This document shows positions 26,111-39,535 of a stretch of DNA of 64,000 nucleotides, in pieces. The stretch's first letter is position 1; the number at the start of each line of letters is the position of its first letter. The notes beneath the pieces are model-generated. The model was given only the letters and a program-made list of their open reading frames with translations. It searched no databases and was not told where the DNA came from. The translations under genes were made by a program, and so were the position numbers. The DNA is from Octopus bimaculoides (Eukaryota). The stretch lies in assembly GCF_001194135.2 (NCBI RefSeq), contig NC_068986.1, positions 65,945,778 through 66,009,777 of the forward strand, written 5' to 3'.

Positions 26111-26269
26111 GAGGTGTGGCTGTGTGGTAAGAAGCTTGCTTCCCAACCACATGGTTCTGAGTTTAGTCCCACTGCGTGGCACCTTGGGAAAATGTCTTCT
26201 ACTATAGTCTCGGGTCGGCCAAAGCTTTGAAAGTGAATTTGATATTCGGACAACTGAAAAAAAATACAG

Positions 26270-26359
<90 letters not shown>

Positions 26360-26584
26360 CTTTGTATCTGTTTTTTCCCCCACCACCGCATGACAACCAA
26401 TGTTGCTGTGCTTACGTCCCCGTAACTTAGCAGTACGGCAAAAGAACCCGATAGAATAAGTTTAGACATAAAAAAACTAAGTACTGGGATCAATTTATTC
26501 GACGAAAAGTTCTTCAAGACGGTGCCCCAGCATGGCCGCTGTCTAATGACTAAAACATGTAAAACATAAAAAATATAAAAGATA
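26111..26584 (+). mobile_element. SINE family A, full length with long (GT)n
   Basis: All family A blocks are present in order. Confidence 0.9.
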
Positions 26585-26959
26585 CAATCTTACAGCAATC
26601 ATACTATTTTGAAGGCTCCGAAATTTATTCTTGAGTCCAAAATTACACAGAACTAACAGAAATACATGCAAATAAATTACAAAATGATGACAAATTAGTG
26701 TAAAGTTTTAAATCCTAAAACTCAAGGGAAATCATATTCTAAATATGGTAGTTGCTATTATTGGATAGTTACAAAATTAATTGCGATCTTTGTTATTTTA
26801 AACGTTGATGCTCATTTTGAAATAAACTTAAAATTAAAGCTATATATTCATTTTGCTATGTATTCATTTTGGAACGAGCTTAAACTAAAGTTATGTATAT
26901 GCCATTTTGAAGCACAGAATTTTGTCTATTGATTTATGCTAATGGTTTTGCTTTCACTA

Positions 26960-27920
26960 CGCATTTCTTGTTACACCAGGCTGTCAAATCAACGTCGAAG
27001 AAAAGTAAATTTAAGCGATATTATTGCGACTTCGAAATGAAATGCAAAGTAGTAGAAACTGTTCGAAATATCAAGTAACCATTTAGCCAGGAGACAGTCA
27101 ACAATAGTTCATAATAACATTAGCTCTAAACATTTCGTAGCGGCGACGAGAGCGTTTAACATGAAGAAGAACGCAGGCGCTTTTCTGCGATTTACAACAG
27201 CAAACTGAGAGCCCTTATTGAAGTGGAGAGTAGTAAAATAATTTGAGATATTCTAAAACTATATGTCGGTCATTCATCACTTGTTCGATATTTGTACCAC
27301 CCTGAAAAATCAAAAACGCTCGACAAATGAATGGCACGTGAACCGAACGATGACAAAAAAAAATATTAGCGCTTCTTTTGTGCAGTCAAAACGATCCATT
27401 TCTTAACTGAACGAAAATGGATTCTACACAATGGCTGGCGGGGATTCATATAGTTGACAGACTAAGGTGAAGCACCAAAACACTTTCCTGAATCGAAGCT
27501 GCATCAAAGTAATGTTATTGTCACTGCTTGTGTAGTCGACAAATAGATTTATCCACTACTATTTCATGGATTCGGTTAAAACCATCATAACAAAGTAGTA
27601 CTGCCAAAAGATTGCCGAAATGCACCAAGAACAACGATGTTTACTTCTAGCAGTTGTTAATTAAAAAGAACCAGTTCTTCTCCATGACAACGACCAACTA
27701 CACAATCGAAATTGATCGTACTAGGATCTGAAACTCCATTTACACCATCTTACTCGCCGGGCCTCTCTCCAATTGACATTTTCAAGCCTCTTGATAACTT
27801 CAACCAAGCAAACAGTTAAAAAGACCTTCAAATAGTTCAATGATTTGTATAAATAAATTTGTTTCTTATTGCTAAATAAATGTAGATTCTAATTGATCAT
27901 TATACCGATTAATTAAATCT
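26960..27920 (+). mobile_element. Highly decayed mariner transposase
   Basis: VETVRNI, HF.SGDES, APKHFPESKLHQ, LLHDN, PSYSPGLSPID. Confidence 0.75.
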
Positions 27921-28668
27921 TTTCTGAGCTGAGATATATTACTTTAAGATCGGTGTGAATATAAAAGTAAAAAATAAGGTGTAAAACATAATTGCGGTTA
28001 AAAAACCAAAGAGTTTTTTTTTTCTTTTTTATGTTTGCTCTTTTATTTCTAATTTCTCAGACTCATTATACTAATTTGATGAAATCAAGATAGGGTTCAT
28101 CATTCTGATCGAATATAATTGAGAAATAGTGGAATATTGAAATTAAACACCTGAAGAAGTTTGGAGAATGAAATATAAGAATTCAAAAGAAGAGATTAAT
28201 ATCCTAGGAAATTTAAATTAAATTGTCTTATTTCTGAAACATTCCTGTAAATAAATAGCTCCTGCTCGAAGTGTCGGTCCAAATGTCATATCGAGTTCCC
28301 TACTTTTTAACATTATTGTTTGCTTCTGTTCAGTTATCGGTCTCTTGGTTTGGTCATATAAGGTTGCTGCCATAAAAAATAGTTTTGAGTACATTAGAAA
28401 GGTTACATTTAAGAAATGGTAGAGTAAATAAGACATTGTACATTATGTTTTGTCTACAACATAACCAGAGAAGGAAGGACAACACTATATGGCATTTCTC
28501 AGGGACTCTGAGACTTAACAGATGAAGAAGGATAACCATCTGCAGACCAGAGATCTCACATGAATGCTTGCAGTAGAGTGGATCCTACATTCGGTTACTA
28601 AAGTAGATGATGGATTAAATCTAGAATAGAAGAACAGGAACAGTCTCTCATAAAGCTGTCACAGTCTC

Positions 28669-28810
28669 ACCTACCGAATTTCACTCACAAAACTTGCGTC
28701 GAAAAAATTCTTTGGTAAAAAAAAAAAGGTCAATGGTACCATATAGTGGAATTGAACCAGAAATCACGTAGTTGTAATGGGAACTACTTAACCACCACAG
28801 ACACACTGCC
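28669..28810 (-). mobile_element. SINE family A head fragment
   Basis: Degenerate reverse complement of the family A 5' region. Confidence 0.5.
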
Positions 28811-30470
28811 AGTCATAATGACCCACGGATGCGGAGTCAAAATCTGCAACAGCTCCTTCGATGGGAGTTATAAGGCTTAGTTATCTGGTTGTGGGCCATA
28901 GAAATCCATAAAGTGTTAGAGCGAAATGAGTAGCCACAAAGATTTTACATGGTGTAAACTTTTTAGTGATTATCTGTAGTTTATTGAAAGAATTGCAGTA
29001 TTCCATATGTTAGTGGTTCGTGTCTCGTCAAGACTCAAAATCTATATCCTTCAAAAGCCCAAACTACTTTTCAATTAATAGACACCATTGGGCAGGCAAG
29101 TGAAGCAGTTACTTTGATTGATAGTGTTTATCTATCTTATATGTTTAATTGAAAGAGGGGTGTTCCTACTGGGTTGGCTTCAATTAATCGCATCATACGC
29201 ATTCGGAAGTTCTCGACAATTCTCCAAAAACACTATGAATCACGAGACTTGTTTATCCCATATCCACATGCACATATAAAATCAGTTATTTTGCTGTGTC
29301 GGAGCCATAAATAACCTTCTCAGTCACTATCACATAACCATAACTAACACTAATTCATATAAATTCAATTCCCAAACCACAAAAGGCAGAGGAAAATTTG
29401 TTCAATAAACAGTTAATGAAGCACCTAATGAGATTATGATATTCTGAATAATTATTAATTTTCCTCTTCTGAAATTAGTAACATTGTAGAGAATAACGAA
29501 TAGCGAAACCAATCCAATAAATGCTGATTCTTGGATCCTTAAAATGTGTTTAAAACTAAAGAGTCTTAACTGTTCATTTGGATCGCAAAACGGCTATTAT
29601 TCTATTGCAAATAAATATATTATTATCACCGAAGCAATAGTTAAGAATTGGTTTTTCTATTTGCTTGCGCTACTTTTATGGCAATAATATTTATTAACTC
29701 CCATCAGGTCTTCTTTTAACTGCAGTTAAACTCCCTTGGGGTTAAAATGGAGCCTTTACATTCATTGATTATTTCATTGTTACGGTTTAGTTCAACCGAT
29801 ATATAGAGAAGACACTGAATGTAATTTTCAAATGTCTAAACCAACCAGTTACACGAAAAGCATATAAATGGATACTGTTTCGAGTATTTCGTTTGTTTAT
29901 GTGCGTAACTGTGGATGAGCGTATTCGTGTGTGCCTCTGTGTTCTAGCATCAGGTCATGTAATATTAGGGAAGAGGAGGAAAGAGAGATCAAATTTACTC
30001 TTCACATCATGTAAGACTGCAAAGCGCATCCTTGTACACTCGATAAAATAAGTCTCTGCAAGATACTGATATCACTTCTACAAGCCATACAAAATTCAAC
30101 ATGGGACAACGAGTATGTCTGTATGTGACCGTTTAAGTTGCTAGAAATTGCAATCAATCTCACTCAAGTAACACCCAACTGTGAGATTAACAAAAAGAAC
30201 ACTTTAAAAATGTGGTATTGAGTTCCCTGCACAGAGAAGAGGATGGCCACGGTCTTTTTAATAAGGGTTGAACTAGGATTAATCAATAACAATTACAATA
30301 TTCTAATGTTGTAAACACGGAACAGAAATCAATATTGCCATCCACTCCTCTTCTAGACGAGGTGATAGCGAAGACATACACCTGATTTTTATGAAATTTC
30401 ATAACTGAATCAATCGAATGTAACTCTCCATATTAAAAGGTTAGGGGTGTGTATTTATGTCTGTATATGT

Positions 30471-30472
30471 GC

Positions 30473-30537
<65 letters not shown>

Positions 30538-30551
30538 TGTCTATATTGTAA

Positions 30552-30603
<52 letters not shown>

Positions 30604-30620
30604 GTAGATAGATAGATAGC
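30471..30620. repeat. Compound (GT)n-(GATA)n microsatellite
   Basis: Directly visible. Confidence 0.95.
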
Positions 30621-30719
30621 TCTGTGCGTATGCGTGTTTGTAAAATGAAGATTGCTCATATTGATAGAACAAAACTTTGTCTATTGAAACGAAATTTCTT
30701 GTTCTTCATTGCTACCAAA

Positions 30720-31400
30720 TAATGAGTTCCAAGCAAAAGCAACATACTGTCATTGAGTTCTATGAGAAAGATTGATACAGTCTATCCAACATCAAACTTA
30801 GTCTACAGGTTGTTTACGGAATGACACCACTGAGAAGAGCAATGTACTATAGTTGGTTGGAGAAGTTAAAAGAAGATACCACTATCAAAGACAAACCACG
30901 CAATCGAAGACCATCCGATGGGCCACTGAAACGAATCGCCAGCGAGATGGTGAATTGACTCGCGCAGGCAAATGCATCACAATATTAAAACTTGCATTAT
31001 ATCTATGTTGATCTCAGTGCATTGGAAAAGACTGGATTAAGATTTTGGGTTTCAGGAAATGTCTACAAAGGGATACCTGGACTATTCACATGCGATTTGA
31101 AGGAATGAACCTTGGAAGAATGCCCTGCTTTGTTGAAAGCATTTGAAGCCATCATAGATACGTTCTTTTTCTGTGATTTGGTAATAGATGAAACATGTGT
31201 ACATATTTATTATCAGAGAAAAACACACATTTTCTTTAAAACGGGAGAGGTTCAAAAGCAATGACCGGCACAGAATGTCATGCTGGGTGTTTTCGGGGGA
31301 ATGAAATGACAAGGGCGTCATTGTTCTTGATTCTATGAAAAGTGATTGTACGAATTACACTTGATTCTATGGAAAGTGGAAACACGAGTGCTGCATACAA
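30720..31400 (+). mobile_element. Decayed mariner/Tc1 transposase fragment
   Basis: MSSKQKQHTVIEF..YYSWLEKLKEDTTIKDKPRNRRPS and IDETCVHIY. Confidence 0.6.
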
Positions 31401-31649
31401 CTTTCTCAGAAGAATATATTGTTGCATAAAAATACACATTACATCGTAGTAGAAGATACAGCAGGCACCTATATGAGAGGATCTTTCACGGCTAATAATG
31501 GAGTATCCAGTGTTCTAACGAGGCATTCATGTTAAGCTGGACATAAAAATTACCTTTGATATTAATACTACTTCTGTCGATAATAATTAATTTTTAATAA
31601 GCCTGTTGGTTATTTGCAACATTTGGTTATTTGCCGGAAAAGATGCTAA

Positions 31650-34411
31650 TCTATATATATATATATATATAAATGTCAATTTCTGTCTCTCAGTCTGTCT
31701 GTCCGCCTGTCTGTTACCAACTTAGTGCATAAACCACCGAACTAATATTCACGAAACTTTGCATATATGTGACACTAACATCAACAAAATTCAATGTATT
31801 ATACTCATTATGAATGCAAACCAACTTATTTAGACTAATTTTTCATGCTGATTTCAAAATTTCACTCTATTTGTATGCAACACGTATCAGTTTTTCAGTA
31901 GACACATGCAAATATTTACATATCCGTATATATGAAATCATTAACGTAATAAATAAGGACATATTTTTAGAAAGTAAATGAGTTTATTGAATTAAAAATC
32001 ATCACTATCATTCTACAAAGAGTGAATACATAAAAAATGGGTCAGCAAAACGGACAAAGTTAGAACAGAGTTAGAAACATTGTAATTTGGATTTTCTACG
32101 ATACTCCTGATCTGGTTTATCACGGTAAAGTGTGCAGCAGTAGTCAGCCAGCATACTGTCATTACAGAAGTATGTCCAAGTGAAATCTTTCACCATGTTC
32201 ATCAAACACTGCTCCAAGGTTGCCTGTGAAGAAATCCAGATGAGAGTCCTAGAAGTGAACTTTCAGTGATATGCGACAACCCATTGCTGAGTAACATTTC
32301 AGAAGATTCTTGATGCCATCCTTGTAGTCCATTGCCTTCTTGTTGCCCAAGAAATTCTCACAGATCCAATTGAAAGTATTCCAGGCAGGCAGTTCCAGTT
32401 CATCCAGTGTTGTCTTGAAGTTGACATCTTTGAGTACTTTTCTAATTTAGGGTCCGACAAAGATACCCTCTTTCAACTTCGCCTGTGTGATTTTGGGAAA
32501 CTTTTCTACAATATACCCAAACCCTCTGTTATTTCTCTTCCCCGGTGTCTTTACAAACTGTTTTATCAGTCCAAGCTTTATGTGCAAAGGAGGCAATAGG
32601 ACATTACATGGATCTACAAGAGGTGTATTCATGATGCTAGACAGTTCTGGCTGGCACGATGTTCTTGTCCGCCAGTTTGATTCCGAATAATATCTGTTAG
32701 TTACCCGACTATCCCATAGACACAAGAAACAACAGTATTTTGTGAAACTTGACTGCATTCCCATTAATATTCTAATTGACTTTTAAATCTCCACATATTT
32801 TCCATGAGTATCTTTTGTAGGCAATGACATAAAGTAAAAGTTCCATATTCTTATATGATTCATGAAGATGAACGGAGTGTGCAATAGAAACGGAGGGCTT
32901 CAAATTACCATTATGGAGAAGTACAGCTTTTAAACTTCGTTTTGAAGAGTCAATAAACAAATGCTACTCTACAGGATCATGATTTTGTGATAAACATTCG
33001 GAAAGTCCATCGACGTTACTGCAAAAGCAAAGCGAGCCTTCAACAGAAAAACACGTTTGTAGAACCACATTTCTCTGCGGAAAATAAGTTATACTAACAC
33101 CATGCTCTAGCAGATACTTCTCCTTCAGTCTTCGTGCCAACAGTTCTGCTTTTTCTTTTGAGAGGGATAAGTCTCTGGCAATGTCAGTCAGTTCAGCTTG
33201 GGAAAAATTTCTGAGTTTCAAAGCTATCGTCAACAGCCACGTAATCTTCCTCAACAGCACTATCGTGACAGTCAATATCATCATCTCAAGTTTCAATACC
33301 ATCATTTGGTGGAAATGGAATTGGCAGACTTTTATTGTGAGGCACAGATCTCATTTCAGAATCGAAATTGGGATACACAATTTTGTGTTTATTCTTCATA
33401 GAAAATCCTGTGATATTTACTTTGCAAAAATGACAGTCATTAAAATGGTCTTTCGGCTCCATCCATACCATCGGAATGGCAAAAGGCATGGACTTCTTCT
33501 TATTGAATCAGTCACGTAAGCCATTTGAGCAAGCTAAGCAGATAAAATGTGGTGCCCATAACTTGTCCTGATCCCCAAGAGGTCAGTCAAAGTATATCTT
33601 ATAAATCTTCTTGATCTCTGGTGTTATTGTTCGTTTTTGAACTTTCCCAATAAATTGTCCATAGACATAGCGAAACACATCAGGACGATTTCTACACTGT
33701 CTTGATATTGTTAACGCTGTAAAACAAGTGAGGAAATAGATGCAAATGGTTATACTTAAATTGAATATAAGATGGTGAAATATTTCATCAGACTAATTAT
33801 GACTGGAATAATTTGAAATGTTGAAATACCTATTTCATCAGACAAAACTTGATTGGTTAATTTAAGATGATGAAATATTGCATCTGAACCATGCAGCAAT
33901 GAATAATGTGGCTTATTTTAAAAGTATGTTTCCATGATGTAATTGAAATACATGCATAATTGTATGCATTGTATGTATTGTATATATGTACATACATAAT
34001 TGTATGAGTAATTGGAATTTCTATATAATGCATGAGCTAAAACCAAAAAACTTTGTCATCTTGAAAACTACGTGATTTCAAAAAACTAATTGTATATTTG
34101 AAACCAGCATTAAAAACTACACTAAGTGCACCTTGACATATGCTTGATAAAAGATACTTGTCGACCAGTGTAATAGGCTAATTGAATTTCAATTAAAATC
34201 TATAATGTGCACTCCCGCCCAGGGCCGTTGGGCGAATTATATGATAAAATGAGGAGGTTGCAAAAAGTATAAGTCTGAGGTAGTAACAGAGAGAGGGTGA
34301 CTTATATCAGTGAAGGCGAGAACAGCGGTGAAAATTGGGGCCGTAACGTTAATATAGCTGTCATGTACACGCGACGCTGCATACATACTATTGTAAATAC
34401 ATAGATACAAA

Positions 34412-34455
<44 letters not shown>

Positions 34456-35264
34456 ACACACATCACACACACACACATCACACACACACACACACATCAC
34501 ACACACACACACACACACAGGTGGGTATGAGAAAAACGAAGCTTTAAGGAGAGAGGAGGTAGGTGGATTTTCTGCTGTCAAGCGCAAAAAACACACACAT
34601 ACATACATATATATACATACATACGTATGTCTGTTTCTCTACTTTTGTAGAGTCTTCTTTGTTGCTATCATATATTGTGAGATTTTAAAATTACGTCAAA
34701 ATTTTCAAATTTGGTATATAGAATTAATTTTCCACGTTAAATCCAATTTTGTTATTTATTTGTTCCTAATATCCAGTTGAATTATAGGCCAATCGGATTT
34801 CAATAAAAGTCTATAATGGGACCCTTGGGAGAAGGGATGTAGCACATGTTTACAAATCAGCTACGATAAGCTACGACATGTGACAACGCCAGCTACAATA
34901 CGCGCACTATTTGTCAATGTATTTGTAAATCTATCTAGTTATCTAATTTACTTTACTCAGATGCATATTCGTATGCTAAAGTAATATAAGGACATTCTTT
35001 ATTCACCTACTAATCGTATTAATAGTTTGTAACACCTATTTTAGCAATAAACTATTATCATAAAGGTTAATAAAATATTTAATGGCTTAATTACACCTAA
35101 CTGATTCTAAAATTTATATATTGACATAGGATTTGGGATAGGAATTGGAGCGGAACTAAAGCGGAAACAGAGCAGAGAACGGGATAGGACATGAAACAGT
35201 GTAATGGGAATAGGAACTGGAAATGACCCCTGCTTTTCCGGGTATTACCGGGTAATTCAGCTAA
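31650..35264 (+). mobile_element. Non-autonomous Helitron containing a nested Chapaev3
   Basis: A|TC 5' end followed by (TA)n and GTCTGTCTGTC; 3' CCGG-GTATTA-CCGG hairpin (35238-35251) then CTAA|T; A-T target with no TSD. Confidence 0.7.
31775..34170 (-). mobile_element. Chapaev3-like (CMC) DNA transposon, near full length, pseudogenised
   Basis: CACTGGTCGAC terminus and TTTTT(C/A)ATGCTG(A/G)TTTCAAA subterminal motif at both ends. Protein motifs GDQDKLWAPH, MPFAIPMVWMEP.DH..DCHFC, LKAVLLHNGN, WKICGDLKV, CFLCLWDSR, LPPLHIKLGL, KEGIFVGP. Confidence 0.8.
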
Positions 35265-35803
35265 TACCTTATATATTGGAGTAGCGATATTTGATGTGTC
35301 AGTGCTTCCCGCGTGATATTGGAATTCCAGTGCCCATAATGGATGAATTTCGTCTGTTACAATCTATGTGTAAGCATTTATTCACCAAGCCCCTATATGA
35401 GAGGATCATTCAAGGCTAATAACGCAGCATTCAATGTTCTAACAAGGCATTCATGTTCAGTTGGATGTAAAGATTAGTTTTTGATATATCTTTGTAGTGC
35501 AGTATATGGATTCATAGAATCATGTGTCTATCACAGTAAGTTCCTATAGTAGACTCGGCTAACAAACCACATACTAGTACAATAGAGAGGAGTATAATGT
35601 AGAGTTCCGTGAAGTTGAAATCCAAGAGATTCGACAGATGAGATTCTTTCTTAATCAGCATGTAAATCATAAATTGTCAGGAGGTATGAGAAGTGAATAT
35701 ACTTATTTAACCACTTGTCATCCTTAGTATTACGGCCATTTCGCAACCTTTCTCACGTCTGCATTATATAACTTTAAAATAATAAATCAATGCACACCAA
35801 TGC

Positions 35804-35838
<35 letters not shown>

Positions 35839-36059
35839 NNNNNNNNNNNNNNNNNNNNNNNNNNNNNNNNNNNNNNNNNNNNNNNNNNNNNNNNNNNNNN
35901 NNNNNNNNNNNNNNNNNNNNNNNNNNNNNNNNNNNNNNNNNNNNNNNNNNNNNNNNNNNNNNNNNNNNNNNNNNNNNNNNNNNNNNNNNNNNNNNNNNNN
36001 NNNNNNNNNNNNNNNNNNNNNNNNNNNNNNNNNNNNNNNNNNNNNNNNNNNNNACGTAC

Positions 36060-36773
36060 ACGTGTATAAGGGATGACCACTAGGTGGACATCTAATATGC
36101 TAGAAAGAGGTCATCAACGTCCCAACAACAAAGAAAAATAATGTTCTCCAGAAAAAATTTCGCAAAACGCCAGAACAGGACAAAATTAGAAATATACAGA
36201 ATAAAGAATTATCTATGGACTGCAATTTCGAACATTAACGTTTTACTTACGTAACAACATCCGTGTTCTTATCAGCATAGACGTTCTAGAACCAAAATAA
36301 TTTGTAGAACTATACACGAATTGACTTCATGAAACAAGACTTGCATATAGTTCTACCGATTACATTGGGGCTATTTTTCAAAATGCCTCAGCTCCGGCGC
36401 ACAAAATCCCGGAAACAATTCTGCAGAGAATAATTCACTGCAGTATATGTTGCCGGTTGGAGAACATAACTATTTAAATTATTATTTATATAGATAGGGT
36501 CATAGATTGAATATTAATTCAATCTAAAAGCAAGTGGCCTAGCATATAAAAAAATCTGAAAATTCAGAAAAAATTGTATTAGACGTGTATAAGGGATGAC
36601 CACTAGGTGGACATCCAATATGCTAGAAAGAGGTCATCAACGACCCAACCACAAAGAAAACTAATGTTCTCCAGAAAAAAAATTTCGCAAAACGCCAGAA
36701 CAGGACAAAATGAGAAATATACAGAATAAAGAATTATCTATGGACTGCAGTTTCGAACATTAACGTTTTACTT
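36060..36773 (+). repeat. About 190-bp direct repeat pair (36060-36248, 36583-36773)
   Basis: Near-identical from CGTGTATAAGGGATGACCAC to AACGTTTTACTT; period about 523 bp. Confidence 0.95.
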
Positions 36774-36774
36774 T

Positions 36775-37110
36775 CCTAGTTCCTCAACTGTTTCATTGGT
36801 GCAATTTTCTTGGTGCAGCATCGCTGAACTGCCTCCAGATTCATCATTAAATTGAAACAGTGGGATGATCATACTTGAGAACAGTAGTCCTGATGCATGA
36901 ACACAGATGTCCGCTATAAAACCATAATAGTTTTCTGGTCCCTTGTTTTGAAAGCTCACAGAATCTATTCGGCAATTCGATCGCACATTGCCGCCATTTT
37001 GGTGATATGTACATGAAGTGAAGTATTGTTGCTTATATCAATCCTTAGGTTCCGCAATGTGTTGAATCTGGGATCGCTTCTATTTTTTGGTCCAAAATAT
37101 GTTTTTTGTA
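36775..37110 (-). mobile_element. CR1-like LINE RT C-terminal fragment
   Basis: LRNLRIDISNNTSLHVHI..ILVSF..QDYCSQV..NLEAVQRCCTKKI parallels the CR1 at 21.7 kb. Confidence 0.65.
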
Positions 37111-38596
37111 GCCTATTAACATACTTATATAGAGTGAGTGAGTGAGTGAATGAGTAGATGATTGAGTGCATTTATGTGTTAGTGCTATTGATTGGCTCAC
37201 CGTAGAATATGAAGTAATTCATCGTAAAACGATGGACTCATTAAAATCCAATGAGACCTATTAATAAACATATGTAAATCGTTTCTTCCTATTGAACACT
37301 AAACATTGACAGAGAACAACAAAATGTTTCCAAAAAAAAAAAAAGAAACAAATAGTAACAGTGACCAATAACTTGTTCCTCAATAACAAATAACAACATA
37401 AAACAACAAAACGCATCCCCAGAACAAGTACTGAGACAGAACTGCATATGTCCAAATCGCCATTAAGAGAAGTTCATTTAAAAACAAAAAGAAAAAGACG
37501 AAAAACAGTAACAATGATAAATCGAAAAGTCAGACTAGAGAGATTATTTCCACCGGAAAAATAAATATTACAAAAACGATACGTTGTACCGACCATCACC
37601 TCTATAAATATTGATTTCTAATGAAGAAGATTAGAATGTGGATTATTAATTAAAACAAAACAAGATATATAGATATCTAATGAAAAAAATATGAAAATGT
37701 TTTGTGCGTCATTCTAAGCCAATAATTTAATCATTTCCGGTTGTCCATAAAATGTGAAACGAAATTATGATATTGGAACAGGTTTGTATTTCATATAGGA
37801 AAACATGAAAGTTTTTCTTTGCTTTTATTTTTGCTTCTGTTGTTTGTTTTGCTATGCGTCGGCACTATTAAGTTATAAACACATACAATGCATTATGCAA
37901 ACAAACAGGCACACATATACACACGTGCACACTTGTAAAATATTACATTGATATACGCAGAGATAATTAGAATAGATAACCAAAGATATAGATATACAAG
38001 CAGATAGCTCCTCGTTTCTTGTGTTAGCTTTAACAATGTAATTAGAGAACGTATACAACCAGTCACATATATTTATACTTTCTATTCTGTTACCGGTTAC
38101 AGTCATTGGTCTGTAACATCCAAGGTCACAGCCTTGTTATGTCTATATCAAAATATATATAAATAACAGATGGCTAGCTTGCTATTTTTTGGAAAGATAG
38201 ATAGATTTTTTTTAAATATGTGTGTGTATGTGTGTGTGTGTATGTGTGTGTGTGTGTGTGTAGGACAGNNNNNNNNNNNNNNNNNNNNNNNNNNNNNNNN
38301 NNNNNNNNNNNNNNNNNNNNNNNNNNNNNNNNNNNNNNNNNNNNNNNNNNNNNNNNNNNNNNNNNGGTGGGTGGGTGTGTGTTACCAGAAGAATATTTTG
38401 TGGAAAGTACGTATATCTCGTGAGCCGATGGATCTTTCTGATCAATCTCATGCCCACTGAAAAGACTATATACAGTATATATATATAAAGAGGAAAACCA
38501 TTAGTTTTAAAATCTTTGAGCGACAAATAAGTAGTAACAGTACTACTGAGTAAAATCTATTTGCTAACGTAAGTTGGCAGCCCTGATTAGGACGAT

Positions 38597-38841
38597 GTTA
38601 TTGCCTTTTTTTTTAGCCCCAGTAAAACATCTTTTCCAGTTGGCTACCGACGCACAACTGCATCCTTATACCTCGAACAAGGGAACTAATGTCCCCACTC
38701 AGCCTTAAACGGTACCAGTGGACCATGGTTTCTGGGTTATTTCTCTTCATCAGCTCAGGATAACTGTTGGCTTAGAGATGGCAGCACTAGGCTCTGTTCG
38801 AGGTATATACTTTTAAAGTGACGCACAGTCACTGATCTCGT
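38597..38841 (-). mobile_element. 245-bp insertion with a hammerhead-like core, flanked by about 110-bp direct repeats
   Basis: Flanks 38487-38596 and 38842-38950. Minus strand CTGATGA A GAG-AAATAA-CCC A GAAA CCATGG TC at 38715-38759; internal inverted repeat TATACCTCGAACA. Confidence 0.6.
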
Positions 38842-39289
38842 AAAAAGGAAAACCATTAGTTTTAAATCTCTGAACGAGAAGTAAGCAGTAACAGTAATAC
38901 AGGGTAAAATCTATTTTCCAACGCAAGTTGGCAGTCCTTATTAAGATGATACATACATACATGAATACATACATACATACATACATACATACATACATGT
39001 CTGTATATATATGATGATAAATACTCTCGTCATGAACAACAAATGACAGTTCAGTAAAATAAAGCGTTAATCATCTTCTACAGACACGCATGTATCTCTT
39101 GAGGCCTGTAGGTTCCTTGAAAACCTTTTTGAAAATGAAACAAGCTAGGAACTCAGTTTCCTCGAGTACTTCTGAATTATTTACTAGGTGTTTTCTTTAG
39201 TGGTCGTCAAGATCTGCTTTACTCCGTGCTACAAAACCACAATGACAAGTAAGGTTTTCATTTAGCAGAGCGGACTGGCATGTATGTAT

Positions 39290-39293
39290 GTAT

Positions 39294-39349
<56 letters not shown>

Positions 39350-39535
39350 GTAGATAGATAGGTAGATAGATAGATAGATTGATAGATACGTAGGTATGCA
39401 TGTATATATGTATGCATGCATGCATGCATGTATATATGTATGTATGTATGCATGTATGTATGTATGTTTGTATGTATGTATGTATGTGTGCATGCATGTA
39501 CGAGGATGGATGGATGGATGGATGGATGGATGGTG
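39290..39535. repeat. (GATA)n/(GTAT)n/(GGAT)n microsatellite block
   Basis: Directly visible. Confidence 0.95.

Noticed and set aside
31461-35490. About 105-bp diverged repeats at 31461 and 35386 around the Helitron
   Set aside because: They are not adjacent to the element ends and Helitrons make no TSD; likely an older duplication or dispersed repeat.
36990-37001. YY1-like CAAAATGGCGGC motif and ATG on the minus strand suggesting a promoter
   Set aside because: The frame stops after 10 codons and the region aligns with CR1 RT C-terminal motifs.
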